From: Euglena gracilis
Lineage: Eukaryota
Direction: 5' to 3'
Assembly: GCA_039621445.1 (NCBI GenBank)
Contig: CP154954.1
Span: forward strand, 47,781,847-47,845,846
DNA: 64,000 nt
Shown: one piece after another, positions 49,501-62,959 of the stretch
Position numbering within the stretch: the first letter of the stretch is position 1
How the letters are laid out: each line of letters starts with the position of its first letter
Program-made: the position numbers and the translations under genes
The notes under the pieces: generated by a model
The model's database searches: none
Seen by the model: the letters and a program-made list of their open reading frames with translations, nothing else
What the model was told of the DNA's origin: nothing

Positions 49501-52500
49501 TGATCTAATGCATCCACAAGAGTAACATTTGCAAATTTGACATGGTTTGGAAAGGTAGGACATGTGGACCCACAAAGAATTTTCTTCGATAATTCTCGGA
49601 CCCCTTGGTTTTCGACCACTTTTCCGAATAGTGCCCCCCCCCCCCGAATAGAAGCCCCCCCCTCGGTTTTCGACCAACGTTCCGAATAGAAGGCTTCTAT
49701 TCGGGGGGGGGGTTTAGCCCCCCCCCCCAATTACAAGCCCCATTCCCAATCACCCCCCCCCAAAGCGAACCCACCTCCTGCTCCGGTTTCCCTCCAAAAA
49801 TCCGAATAACAACTGGACCTCCCCCCGCAGGGAGGTCCAGTGCATTCGACCGAAATGCGCCAGAAGTGGAAGGAAAGCTGGCAATGTCTGCCCGAAACCA
49901 GGGTCACTTTGGGGCATCCTTGTAACATCGCCCATCCTCCCAAAACATCAAAAAGCGTGTTTTTTGACTTGAAATTTCGACCCAGTTCGATCCCCGGACC
50001 TGCCTCAGCCGCCCTTTGGCCGAGGTCAAACAGGGGTCCTTAAATTGAAATCTCCCCCTGTGGTTTTCCAAATGTGACCGAATGATAACCCGAGGGGCGG
50101 GGGTTGATTAGGGAAGGCTAGTTAGCATTGGTCAGCCAACTTCCTGGGCGGGACGGGAGTTGACATTTTTTTTTGGGCCACCCACAAAAAACGTGCACTT
50201 TCCCAAAAACGGGAATGGGTAAAGTTCCGGGAGGAAAACTTGGAGGCCAACTCCCTGTGGTTGGCCAGGTTGGGCAGCTAGGGAGGGTTAAATACAATGG
50301 GGGCAATAAACCCCCCGACTTAGAAACACCCCCCCACTTGTGAACCCCCCCCCTTCAGGCCAAACCTGAACATAACCCCCCCCCCCTCACTAGGAAAGAA
50401 AAACGAAAGCCGCCGGGGACGATTTTTTTCGGCCGCAAACCACACAAAAAACTGATTTTTTGGCAACTTTTTTTGACCACTTATAAACCCTCCCCTTTGG
50501 CAGACCAACCAAAGCAGATCCTATAAACCCCGGGGGGTTTAGAAGGGGGGCTAATTATTTGCGCACCCCCAAATGTTGTGGGCGGTACCCAACCCCCCAG
50601 CCCCAGGGCCTCTGCCAGCCTGTCAAGGCTGAGAGAGCAGTGAGTTGGTCAAGGTGACCATTTTGGGCTGAAAATGGCCAAAATTGTGGAAAATAAATTA
50701 TAAAACAATTATAAATATAAAAAAAAACGCAGGTGGAAACAGGGGCATATGAGGCTATGCGGCACGAGGCGGGACACCGGAGGCAGAGGCAGATCTCCCC
50801 ACTGTGGGGTGTGAAGCGGATGGCGTTCTGCAGCAGGTTGACCAGTGTCTGGCGGATCTTCACGGCGTCCCCCAGCACCACCGCCGGCAGGTCGGGCTCG
50901 ACGTGCAGTGACGCCTGTTGGGGAAGGGGATCTGCAGGGGCTTGTTGGAACACATACGGCTTGGCGGCAGAGGAGGAATTGGACCATCACTTCTGACAAG
51001 CTGCTCGACCTCCCCCCTGACTTGACGGATGATTATGGGTAATTTTTCTGAAAAAAATATTTTCTGATTCATCATAATATTCAAATTCAATTTTAAAAAC
51101 TTTAAAAAAGTCAATCTACACATTTATAATCCTTCCGACTTTCTGACTTCATTTACCTATCAATTCATGTATTATTTAACTTTTGGAGTTCTAAGGAGGA
51201 GGCTCTGTGGCCATATGCGCCTCTTCGTCCTGTCAATTTATCTGTCGAATTTCACACGAACTATATTGACCTGCCAGTCCTGCACGTGGGTGTTTGTTTT
51301 GTTGCGAATGGGTGTAGCATGGTGTGTGACTCAGCGCATTGTGTGATGCGCGTGCGTCCATGTGTGTGGCCTGGGGCGGAGGAACCGGCAGGACACCTTC
51401 AGCTTCTTGGCCACCAGCTCGGAGTCCGTGATGGTGAACGCCTCATCCGCCAGCTCCTCCAGGCAGAACGGCGTCAGCTCCAGCACCACCTCGCTCTCCA
51501 TGAGCTGCGCCAGCTGCAGCGCCCCGTTGACGCGGTGCAGCAGCGCCTCCCCGCACAGCTGGCCCCCGGGCGACCCCGGGAAACGACAAACAAACATCAC
51601 GCCACGCGGGTGCGGGTGAAGAGGGTGTGCCGGTTCTGTCGGGGTCTGCCCCTGAATTCTGTGCCGGCTTCCAGCCAATATTGTCCCTCGGCCCAAATCG
51701 GGGCCGTCATCCTCCAATCCAACGAGATTCCACCAATGCAACTCACACCCCAGCGTTATCATCATCTTGAGACAGGGCACCAACCAGGAGGGGCAGGGGG
51801 GGGGTAGCCACCGATAAGAAGAAGACCATCGCACGCCCTCGGGTCAGGGCCAGGCCAACACGGTAAGCAGTTGGGGTGGGGGTGGCCCGGCCGGATGGTG
51901 TGTGCGGACTGCCGCATTGGGTGGTCCGCCAGGGCCTCTTCCAGGAGCTCTGCGTGGCCGATTAGCCCCGCGATGGACGAGGCCTGGGACTCAAAGAGGG
52001 AATGTCACGTCCCCGCCAACTATATCCCCCTCAAAGATCTTGAAAAATTTGCCCAAATAAGGTACCCACCCATATTTTGGTTGGAGGGGCTACGCCGAAA
52101 AACACTTACAATGCAAAATGCACTGAAATAACACAACACAATGCAATACAAGCAAAATGACACAACCTAAAAGCAATCACGCACAACGATCATGTGCAAA
52201 CCGAGGACCCTGTGCCCATCACAGGTACATTGCCAAGGCCTGCCGGGGGTGCGCAGCTCGTGGCTCATGCCCATCAGGAAGTTGGCCTTCATCGTCACCT
52301 CCGCACGGTGCATCTCATGGATGTTTTTGATGGCCCGCAGCAGGCTGGAGTACTTCCCGATGAGCTGCGCCTGTGCCTGGACAGGCAGAGGGGGGAGGGC
52401 ACACCCCGTTTCACGGGGGGGGGGGGCACATCCCAGGGTTGCGGGTCAGCACTCGCGATGGGTGGGGGGGTGGGTGGGTTGGAGCATCGGAGGCTGACCT

Positions 52501-55199
52501 GGAGGTCCTTCAGGAGGGCGGCGGTGCTGGCGATCCACTGCTCTGGCTTGGCATCCGGTAGTCCACAGAATGAGCCCTGCTGCTTCTCTCGGACCTGGGG
52601 GAGGGCGACAACAGCTTGAGTACGACTTCAATGGGTTTCAAGGGGTGGCCATCCGTTTACGGCAGTTGTATTATCGTTCTTGGAAATATGATTTTGCGTT
52701 CTGTGGAACAATCGATTTTTTCTCAGTCATCACATCAAAATGCATACACAACAGGATTTTGTCCCTGCTTTGATGCTTGATTTGGAAGTTGTTGGGAAAA
52801 CTTTGGATAATCACATAATTGCTGCACAGCTACATTTTCGGGCACAATACATCTAACTGTACACACGGCACAAATATTTTTATTTGCAGTTTTCTTGCGT
52901 TTTTTTTTTTACTTTGACAAAATTTGCATTGTTTCGCGCGTTTTTATTATTATATGGTTTTATGTTTTTTTCCTGCCAATTTGCCGATTTTTTACTCGTA
53001 AGTTCTTTCGACTTGGGGAAAAAACCACAAAAGAGGTAGGAGACAGGTTGCTATAACAAAACGTCAGCGGATACAGAAGGTGAAAGACAGTTTCCCAGGG
53101 AGGGTTTGGGTCAGAGGGAAAAATCTCGACATTTTCAATCCCGTTGACAAAAAAAAATGGAAAAGCATCTTTTTTTCACAAGATTGTCACCAGAAGCCTG
53201 AAAAAAATGTTTGCAAATTCTTTTAACCCTCCGAAATGGCCTCTTGGAAAACAAAATATTAAAAACTTTTGAAAAATTTCTTAGGAGACAGGTCAGTGGG
53301 TACAAGGTAGGAGACAAATCCTTCTGAGAAAAACTCAGTGGGTGTGGGAGGACAGTTTTCTGGGTAAGACAGTTTCCCGGGGGGGGTAGCATGCAAATAA
53401 GTGGGGGGGAACCCCCATTCCATGGGTCCCAACTCGCCCCTCCCCCACCGACAATTGTTCCCCGACACCTGGGGAGAGGAGTCACTTTCCACTTTCAAAA
53501 AACCAATCACTTTTCAAAATCCAGTCACCCACTTCCTACCCCCCCTCCCCCCCGGCTGCCCTGGGGGGATTGGTCACTCTGGCCACTCCAGCCAAAATGG
53601 CCCAAAATCAATGAATTCTGAACAAAACCCAAAAAACTTTTTGGAACCTTTGGCGATGGGTGGCCAATTTCAGCCAATCCTGGCGGATCCCCTTCCAAAA
53701 AAAGACACCCCCCTTGAATGGGGTCTGGAGAGAAAATCAAATCAGTCACTCCAAAAAAACCAGTCAGTCACCCCACAGGGGGGGGGGTCGGACACACCTT
53801 AGCAATAATATGGGCCCAACCCACCCATCCAACCCTCCCCCTCCAGTCACCAACCTTAAAACACTCCAATCCCAACTTTGGAAAAACCACAGACTGGCGC
53901 CACACCGTGATGAGGGTCTCCACCACCTCCTCCACTGGCCGGAGAGCAGCAGCAAATGCCCGACCGCAGCCCACCGACCAGTGCAGCAGCCCCAGTGTCA
54001 CGATGACGAAGAACAGCACATACGCTTGGATGGCGGCTGTGAACAAGCACCTGGTGGTCATCCAGAATCCCAGACAAATCACATTCAGTCACGCCCGATC
54101 ACCTCAGTCACGCTCACTCAAACCAGTTGTCACACAGAAATACCAGTGCCAGAAACAGCCAATGTTGGCCAAAAAAATGGCCAAAACGGTCAACTATGTG
54201 TGTATGTATGTATGTATGTATGTATGTATGTATGTATGTATGTATGTATGTATGTATGTATGTATGTATGTATGTATGTATGTATGTATGTATGTATGTA
54301 TGTATGTATGTATGTATGTATGTATGTATGTATGTATGTATGTATGTATGTATGTAGTATGTATATGTATGATGTATGTATGTATGTATGTATGTACGTA
54401 CAAATGTATGTATGTATGTATGTATGTATGTATGTATGTATGTATGTATGTATGTATGTATGTATGTATGTATGTATGTATGTATGTATGTATGTATGTA
54501 TGTATGTATGTATGTATGTATGTATGTATGTATGTATGTATGTATGTATGTATGTATGTATGTATGTATGTATGGTTGTATGTATGTATGTATGTATGCA
54601 TGTATGCATGTACGTATGTATGTATTCATGTATGTATGCATGTTTGCATTCATATATGTGTATGCAATACGTGTACATGTATGTACATGTGTGGGCCATA
54701 CGTGAGTATTTTGGCTGATGTGTGTGGCCATTTGTGGCCACCTGCAGATGTTTTATAGATATTGCATTGTATGTGTTAAATATGTGTGTATATGTATGGA
54801 TGGATGGATGGATGGATGGATGGATGGATGGATGGATGGATGGATGGATGGATGGATGGATGGATGGATGGTGGATGGATGGATGGATGGATGGATGGAT
54901 GGATGGATGGATGGATGGATGGATGGATGGATGGATGGATGTGTGTGTGTGTGTGTGTATGTATGTTTGTTTGTATGTATGTGTGTATCTATGTATGCAT
55001 GCATGCATGTATGCATGTATGTATATATGTATGTATGTATGTATGTAAATGGCTAAAAGCGGATAAAAAAGGGACAAAGGTGGCCAGAATGTGGCCAAAA
55101 GAGGCCAGAAGTGGCCAGATGTGGCGCCCAGTCATTCATAGATGCTTGGCTGTGACTTGGGGGTTGCGGTCCAGACACACAGTCGCGTCGAATCCGCCG
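38547..55199 (-). CDS. Hybrid sensor histidine kinase (TM - HisKA - HATPase_c - degenerate receiver - receiver), multi-exon
   Basis: TM exon 53906-54038 ([19 protein letters not shown]); H box [15 protein letters not shown] (~52245-52376); N box [21 protein letters not shown] (~50775-50914); G1/F box [22 protein letters not shown] (47278-~47480); G2 box [16 protein letters not shown]+[12 protein letters not shown] (46228-46274, 45971-46070); receiver VLVAEDN (41156-~41340), [12 protein letters not shown] (~40563-40679), IVATTAD (39169-~39228), [10 protein letters not shown] (up to 38748). The stop position is taken from the open frame. Confidence 0.93.
39373..39810. mobile_element. MITE family E, copy 1
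   Basis: TIR CAGGCATTCGCTTAAGG...CCTTAAGCAAATGCCTG; perfect TSD CCCCCTAC. Confidence 0.92.
39998..40426. mobile_element. MITE family E, copy 2
   Basis: TIR CAGGCTTCTGCTTAAGG...CCTTAAGCAGAAGCCTG; TSD GTTTCAGC/GTTCCAGC. Internally similar to copy 1. Confidence 0.92.
47831..48346. mobile_element. MITE family D, subfamily 2 (passenger inside an intron)
   Basis: CAAGCACCTGTGGTCATCCAGAATCCCAGAC...GGCGCTTG; perfect TSD GTGACAAT. Confidence 0.88.
54044..55148. mobile_element. MITE family D, subfamily 2, coinciding with a non-canonical intron (54039-55151)
   Basis: CAAGCACCTGGTGGTCATCCAGAATCCCAGAC...AGATGCTTG; TSD GCTGTGAA/GCTGTGAC. Coding sequence abuts both sides. Confidence 0.87.
54195..55045. 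repeat. Compound microsatellite (TATG)n, (GGAT)n and (GT)n
   Basis: Read directly from the sequence. Confidence 0.97.
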
Positions 55200-55764
55200 T
55201 CCCCCAGGTCCCTCTGACCAGGAGGGGTCTACGCTGCGGCTTACCCTCCCAACCCCATTGCTTCAATTTGGGGTTCAGCCGATCCACCCAAGGGGTTGCT
55301 TAAATGTGGGTTTCGCCAAACACGCCGAGGGGTCCCTCAAATTCAGAACAAACGGTCAACAGAAAAATGCCTCTTCTTGTTCAAATAAAGGGAGGAAGAG
55401 ACGCCTCTTGGCCTTTGGAGCAGACATGGCCCCAAAAACCGGCACAGACTCAATAAATTTGGCTATTTTCCCTAAAATTGTGCTATTTTTTGTTTGTTAA
55501 TCTTGCTCCACTTTCATATTTTCTTGTATTTTCCTTCTTTTCTTCGAAATTTCAAGGGTTTGCTTAAATTTGAAATTCTCATTGGTCGCCATGGGGTGCT
55601 AAAATTTTGGGATCCGTTGAATTTGGGTGTCGGTTGGTTCAGGCCCAAGGGTTGCTTAAATCTGCGGGGCCTCCCACGGGGTTTAACAAATATACGGCCT
55701 TTGCACCGATAGGGGGGGGGGGACGGCGTCAGAGTCAGACACGGAGGGGGTCGAGGAGGGCCCT

Positions 55765-58700
55765 GGCTGGTGTAGCACTCTACGGAGGGGGGGACGGCCC
55801 CGAGGGGCTGGTACAGCGTCAGGTTGCCCACCGCCAGGCCGCGCAGGTCGGCGCCGTAGTGCTGGACGATGAGGCTCAGCACGCGGCGTCATGGCCGGCC
55901 CCACCGCGTACTTTGCCCCCGCCCAAGACCCCAATAGCCCCCTTCCTCCCGCCGACCAAACACCTTCGGTCACCCACCCCTTTGGGTCCCGCATCGTTCC
56001 TTCGCCCTGCATCGCCTTTGAGGCCATTGATGGGCCCTTTTTTCTTCTTGGTTTTTATCGCCTGCTTGTCCTCACTTTTGGCCCTTTTGTGCTACTTTTG
56101 GCCACTTTCGGCCATTCATTGCCACCTTCGGCCACCTTTGCTCACTTTTGGCCACGTTTGGCTGATTGATCCGCATCCGCTCCAATGCCAGCATCTCCAC
56201 ATCTTCTTCAGTCGCCGCATCCCTGGATCCACTCCAGCAAGCACATCCCGCGTTTACTCCAGTAGCTGCATCCCCGCATCCGCTCCAGTAGCTGCATCCT
56301 CACACCTGCTCAAGTGCCACATCCCGCATCTGCTGCAGTGGCCGCTCCGGCGGCAATCATCCCGCATACACTCAATACCCGTATCATCGCATCACCGCAT
56401 CTCGTGGTTGAATTCCACACCACACAAAAATGGCACAAAATAATCAACGATCGTCAAAATGGGCAAAAAAAATGACCTAAAGCGGGTCAGAAGTCACCAA
56501 AAAAAAAATGCCAAAAAAAGGACAAAAAAATGGCCAAGAATAACCCGAAGCAGGAGAACGTGGTCAAAGATGACCAAAAGTGGGTAAAAGCAGCCAAAAA
56601 TGGCCAGAAATAGGCAAAAAAAAACAATGGCCGAGAGGTCAACATAGACCAAAAGGGGCCAAAAATGGACAAAAAAAAACAACCCAAAATGGCCAAAAGT
56701 GGCAAAAAGTGGCAAAAATCTCCAAAAGAGGCCAAAATGAACAGCGATGGCCAAACAGCAATGGCCTGAAAAATGCCCGCATCGCCCTGCATCGCTGTGC
56801 ATCGCCCTGCATTGGAACCCCACCTTTGGCCTGCAAAACTACTACATCGCCCTGCGTTGCCCTGCTTCGCCGAAGGTGCTTGCGCTCGACAGGTGCAGAT
56901 GCTACACGATGTTTTCAACAGGGGAGGTACCGGAGCCACACCGAAGGATGGGGTACGTGCCTTTTGGGGAGACGTGGTTCCCTGAGCTGCCCCAATCACC
57001 CTAAAAAATACAAAAAGTGCGAGGTGAAGGTTCAAAAAGTGCAAAAAATTATGATGGGTAAAAAATTCTGTTGTGCAAAAAACACAAATTGTGCAAAAAG
57101 GCAATTAACTTACAACTCCCCCCCGCACAAAACTGATTTCAGTCCAGCGAAAAAGACACTGTTGCCTGAGGAGACTTTGGGTCAGTTTGCACTGTCCCAC
57201 TGGAGAATGCCACAGTTGGCTGCCCATGGCTGCGAACGGAGGTCGAGTGGTCCACCGTCCAATATGTCGGAAACAGGTGGGCGGGTCCACACAGGCCTAC
57301 GAGGGATGCTGCGCTGGGGGCAGTGCTTGGGCTGCTTACCAACATCGAACTCCGGTTGTTTTCGGCTAGCCCCGGGAGGGGGGGTAGCCAGGGCGGTCCT
57401 TACGCAAAAAAAAACCTGTCCCCGTCCCGGCATACAGACAAAATTGAAAAAAAAACTCGAAACCCACATTTTTTGGCGTTTTCGGTTGATGGGCGATGGT
57501 TCAAGGGGGCAAATCACTTTTCCCGAATGAAAAGAAATGGGAAAAAAGAATCCTGTTTCATGAAGGTCACCCTGGGTTTGGCCCCAGATTCTGCTGGCCT
57601 CCACGTCACACAGTTTCCTGGCTTTGCCCGTGGAAAGGGTTGCCTGGGGAAGGAGCCAGAAATTCATCGGCCGCTTCAGCTGGCCGCACGCAAGGTCTCT
57701 TCGTTGTCTGCACTTGTGCTCCCCCCGCCCGCTGGGCAGGGACCAGCAGGGGGAGGAGGCGCTGGGTGAGGGCGACGCTGTCCGCCGACGGCCCGGTCCA
57801 CGCCCCCGCCAGCACCAGCGCCAGCAGCAGGGCGACGAACAGCAGCAGCCGCAGCCCGCTGGCTGCCGCCTTGAACGGCTCCCCGACACCGATGCCTGAC
57901 TGCGGGGCGGCAGGCAGGGGTGTGGTCACAGTTTGGTCACACATAGTCATGCGGCGCAGGGGGGGGGCAAATTAAGATGTACCATGTGGTGGAAGTGCAC
58001 AGTGCCCAGGCTCTGATCCAAGGGCAGGCTGGGGGGGGTTGGATCCAGGAGATCTCCAGTCCAGGAGGGGGGGGGGCGGGACACCCCCCACCTGACAGGC
58101 TTCTTTTCAAGACCCCGGCGGGAGGGAGGGGGTTCGACGTGGGACCCCCCCGGGGGTCTTTTGACTTAAAAAGAAGCCTGCCACCTCTTCTGGGGGTCCC
58201 ACATCCCCCCTGGCACATGCCCCCCTGGGTTGGTCTGCAGGTTGGGGGGGGGTCCGGACCAAGCACCTCTGGTCACCCATGTCCTTGAGCCCAGCATTGC
58301 CCTTAGAGGTGTACCTGTTGTACCCACATTCAGTCAGATACCTCCATCCAATACAGAGCATCCAATACGGCATCTGCATACACTTCATCCACTATTATCC
58401 ACATTTGGTCATCTACCCACTTGTACAACTTTTGGTCGCATTGGACACTTTTGGCCACTTTTGGCTACTTTGCCCGATTTAACCCACCTTTGGCCGCCTT
58501 TGGCTTGCTGCTACTTCCTGATATGCTTCCGATTTTACTGCTGATTGATTGCTTTGGCCCCTTTAAGACCACCATTGGCGGCTAAAGCCAATTTTAGACC
58601 ATTGGCCACAAGCATCTCCCCTTATCCCTTATTTCATTTGGCCAATCCAGCATCTGCATCCACTGCACTAATCCAGTATCTGCATCTTGTCCAATATCTG

Positions 58701-61700
58701 CATCCATTGCACCTTGTCCAATGTTAATGTGTGCATCTTGTCCAGCACCTGCATCTTGTCAATAATCTTAAGCTTGTCCAGTATCTGCATCCGTTGCACC
58801 TTGTCCAGCATCTGCATCTTGTCCAGCATCTGCATCCATTGCATCTTGACTAACATCTGCAACCACTGCATCTTGTCCAATATCTGCATTGAATCTTGCC
58901 TTATCCAATATTCACACTCATCTTATCCAATATTTGCGTCTTGCGTAATGTCTTCATCCATCCAAAATAACCACAAAAACCTAAAATGGACCACAGAAAG
59001 CCCCAAAAAGCAACCAAAATGACCTAAATGGCTTGAAATAACCCGAAATTGTCTAAAAATGCCAACAATGTCAACAAAAGATTGTGAAACATGACCCAAA
59101 ATCACCAAAATTGTGCAAAATGTCCAAAAAATGGCATAAAATCTGCTCATATTGACCAAAATTAGCCCAATACTTGCCAAATAAGCGACAAAGAGCCCCC
59201 AAATTTGCAAAAAAATGATCCAAAATGCACAAGATGAGTGTAAAAATGGAGATTTGTGAGAAAATTATCCAAAAATGGGTTTAATCCTTCAAAAATTGCA
59301 AAAAAAATGCCAGCATCGCCCAGCATCGCCCAGCATCGGAACCCTACCTCTGGTCTCCAAAGATCCAGCATCGCCCAACATCGCCCAGCATCATCAGAGG
59401 TGCTTGGTCCGGACCCCCCTCCAGGGGGGCACCCCCCAACCTAAACCGCTTATGCCCTCTTTGTATCGAAGCCTGGGCACCCCCTCCCCAAGGTCCTTTG
59501 AACCCATACAGGCCCAACATGTGGAGGGGGGGGGCGGACCTTCTGGAGGCGGAGGGCCGGGGGACGGCCCCACAGGCCGCGCACCGCTCGGGCGAGGCGG
59601 GGGGCGTGGGCGACGGTCTGGATGAGCACCGCCAGCTGGTACACGGGCAGCAGCGTGCCGCTGTCCCGGTCGGCCGGGAGCAGCAGCGCCATCTGGACGA
59701 TCAGCACCGCGGCGGCAGGGCCTCCTCGTGGCTCGTGGGGGTGGGGGGGGGGGGAGATGGGGCAGACCAAAACAGTAAACCCCTTGAAGGGAGGGAGGTG
59801 GTCCTTTTTAGGTTTGTCCCGTCCAAGAGGGTCTTTTGAAAGACGCTGAGCACGCGACCCCATGACTCCTCCCTCTGTCCCTGTGGGGGTCGACGTGGGG
59901 GGTTGCCCGGGGATGGGAAGGGTCTCTCCGTGTCTCCACGCTGCTCCCCCACCCTGCCAACCATTTTTTTTAAAAAACAAATCGGCCTGGCATGCACTGA
60001 AGGCGGTCGTTCCAGCAGCCCTGAGGATGCAGGAGGGGGGCGCCCTGGGGGAGGGCCAGGGTGTCGAATCCGAGGGCAAGGCTGTCGGAGAAGCAGAGCC
60101 GCCGCTGCCGCCACCCAAGCCACGCCCCGGCCCCGAAGTCCGTGAGGTGGAGGAGGAAGAGGCCGAGGAAGACGGGCCCAGGGCATGGCCGCGCGGGCCG
60201 CTGGGGTGGGGGTGGGGGTGTTGGTGGGTGTCGTTTCCGAAAGCACTTCGCAGGGGGGGGGCAAATTGGGCAGTGGTCCGAAACAGTCCGGAGCAGTCCG
60301 GAGACGGCCTGACAGGAGGTTTGTACGGAAAAATGCAAGAGAAAAGAAATAAAAATTATGCCGATTAAATGATACATAAAGCGAATGCTAGTGGTCGGTA
60401 CCAGGCAGAAACAAATTCTCATCACTCCCAACACTTCTTTAACAATCTGCCGGAAACCACTGGAGTTCCCTGCTGGTAATTGACATCCTGTTCGATTGCT
60501 AAATTTCTTCATTTATTTTATTCCATTGTCGTGCTGAACTTGTGATAGCCGCAATGTTTGCACCGAGGAGTTGTACAAAGGCAACTTTTGCAGAACGAAA
60601 CTCCGCCAATTCCCCGACGGGTCGTTTCAGGATACCTGCCAACTTCTCATTATCCCAACGGCCCCGCACCTCGCTCACCCGCAGCAAAGGGGCCACCCCC
60701 CGGGCAGCGATGACCACGCCGGGGTGCAGTGGGAGGGCCAGGGTGAGCCAGCTCCACACGACGGACAGCGTCCCCACCGCCCCACTGGCCAGGAGCCAGT
60801 ACCGGGGGCACGCCGTGCACTGCTGGCACAGAGCAACCGGGTGGGCCCAAGGGGAGCGGAACGATTGACACACAACTGCTGTGTGACCACAAGGGACGGC
60901 CGAAAGCAGTCGCCCTGAAAAACATAAAACAATTCCAAACCGATCAAAATATCAAACAAGACGGATGGAAATGTGAAATGGGACTCCAACCCGGTTCGGG
61001 GTTCATCCAAAGGGAAAATGATGCTGCTGATCATTCAAAGGGGTGGAAAATCGTTGCTCTATTGCTGTCCTTCATTTCAGACTCTTCACACAAAGGATAC
61101 TCTTTGCCACGGAGAGTAATGGATACGGGCCTGAACAATGGGATTCGCTTGATGCCGGAGACCTCTTTTGGAGGCACAGATGCATTCGTGAGCTCCCCAC
61201 CACCGTTTCTCTTGAGGGCTGAGGCTGACCCCAATCCCGAGCCCCCCGACGTGCGGGGCCCGGCGTGGCCAACTGTGCCGCAGCTGCTGCACGGCGCCGG
61301 CCGGCCGCCGGGGCCGGGGCTGCTGCTGCAGCAGCTGGTTCAGGGCCTCCGGCGCCTCCTGCAGCGTCGCCATCTTCTGCTCCGCCTGCTCCAGCCCCTG
61401 CCCTGGGGGGGGGGGAAGTGGCGACCCAAAGCGTGGGGAGTCCTGGAGGGCCCTCGGACTCCTGCCCAGGGTTCGTTATAAGGGCAGGTGGGGAGGGGGG
61501 TCTGGACCTGTCTGGCAGGGGGGTTAGGCGGGGCGGGACCCCCCCCACCAACCCCCCCCCCCACCTAAACAATGGTGCCATCTGGGTGACCAAATTCTTT
61601 GCGCCGGGCCGAAAGAATTTGACCCTCAAAAGGGCCAAAAAATGCGATTTTAGGTACATTTGGGGCTCAAATTTGTCAAAAACGCAAAAAACTTTTGCCG

Positions 61701-62872
61701 TGAAGTGCCGGTAGAATATTTGACCTTTTTCAGGGGGGCCAGGTACCCCCCCCCCCCCGCGGGTTGTTCCGGATCCAGGTGGGGGGAGGTGGTTGGAGGT
61801 GGTTCAGACCCCCCCTCCGGTCTGGGAGGGGGGGGAGGTGCACCCTCCACCTAAACCCCGTACGCCCTCCTTATATCAAACCCTGCGAGGTCTGGGGGTC
61901 TGAAATACGCCAGGGATTAAGAAAAGACAGTGACAGGGGGAAGGGGGAGGGCGAGAGGGCTGTTGGTACAGCCTTTTTGAGGCGAGGGGGTCACCCATCT
62001 CCCGTGGGGCAGGGGGGGGGAATATGCAACAGCGCACCTCAAAACATGCAATGCAGAAAAAAGCGAAACAAAAAAGAAAAAATGCAAGTTGCATGAAAAA
62101 AAATCCTTCAGGAGCTCCGGGGCTGCACACCTATCTGCTGGAGAGGAATTAAAAAAAATGTCACCTGCCCCAAAGCGCAAACACAAAACACAAAAAGAAT
62201 GTGGTGCAAACTTGCAAAGTGACATGGTTGGTTTTTTCTAGTTGTGAAATTGTTGAAATTTGACGTACAGATACCCGAAAAAAACGGGAAACACAAAATG
62301 TGGAAAAAATGAAAATATTCGACTTTTCAGAAAAATTCTCATGCAAAAAATGCAAACATATGCTAAAAAATGCAATTTTCAAGATTTTGGATTGTATAAA
62401 AAAATGAAAATTATGAAACTTGCATATATCTCCTGCGTGGGGTCCAACCCCCAGGTCGCCGGAACGGTGGTCCCCTGTGGTGAAATCCCGTTTCCTACTT
62501 CTTTAATTCTCAGGTCAAAAATTCGGCACCCTTGAGACAATTGCCGACAAATTGCCAATGGGTTCGGGAGCACCCGTGGGGCATCAGTGGCAGCCTGGGG
62601 AGGGGGCACACCCAAGGCCTGCGCGGACCGCTGCAGAGTGTCGAGGTCCCGGCAGAACAGCGCCAGCGTCTGCAATGTGGACGTCTGCCCGCCATTGAAA
62701 GGAGAGTCGGACCGTATCGGACTGCAGAGGGAAATGGCGATCGTTGGTGAACACTTCTTGAACGTTCTTGAGGACATGTATGTGTACATGTCCACCGCAA
62801 ATGAATGGAGACATGTACACCCACATACACAACACACACACACACACACAGACGCGCGCACACTGCCACACA

Positions 62873-62959
<87 letters not shown>

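Noticed and set aside
38547-52600. Bacterial origin or contamination suggested by the two-component kinase
   Set aside because: The gene is split by many introns and nuclear MITEs.
53660-55217. Long ORFs of CMYV / HTYI / MDGW repeats
   Set aside because: Microsatellite artefacts.
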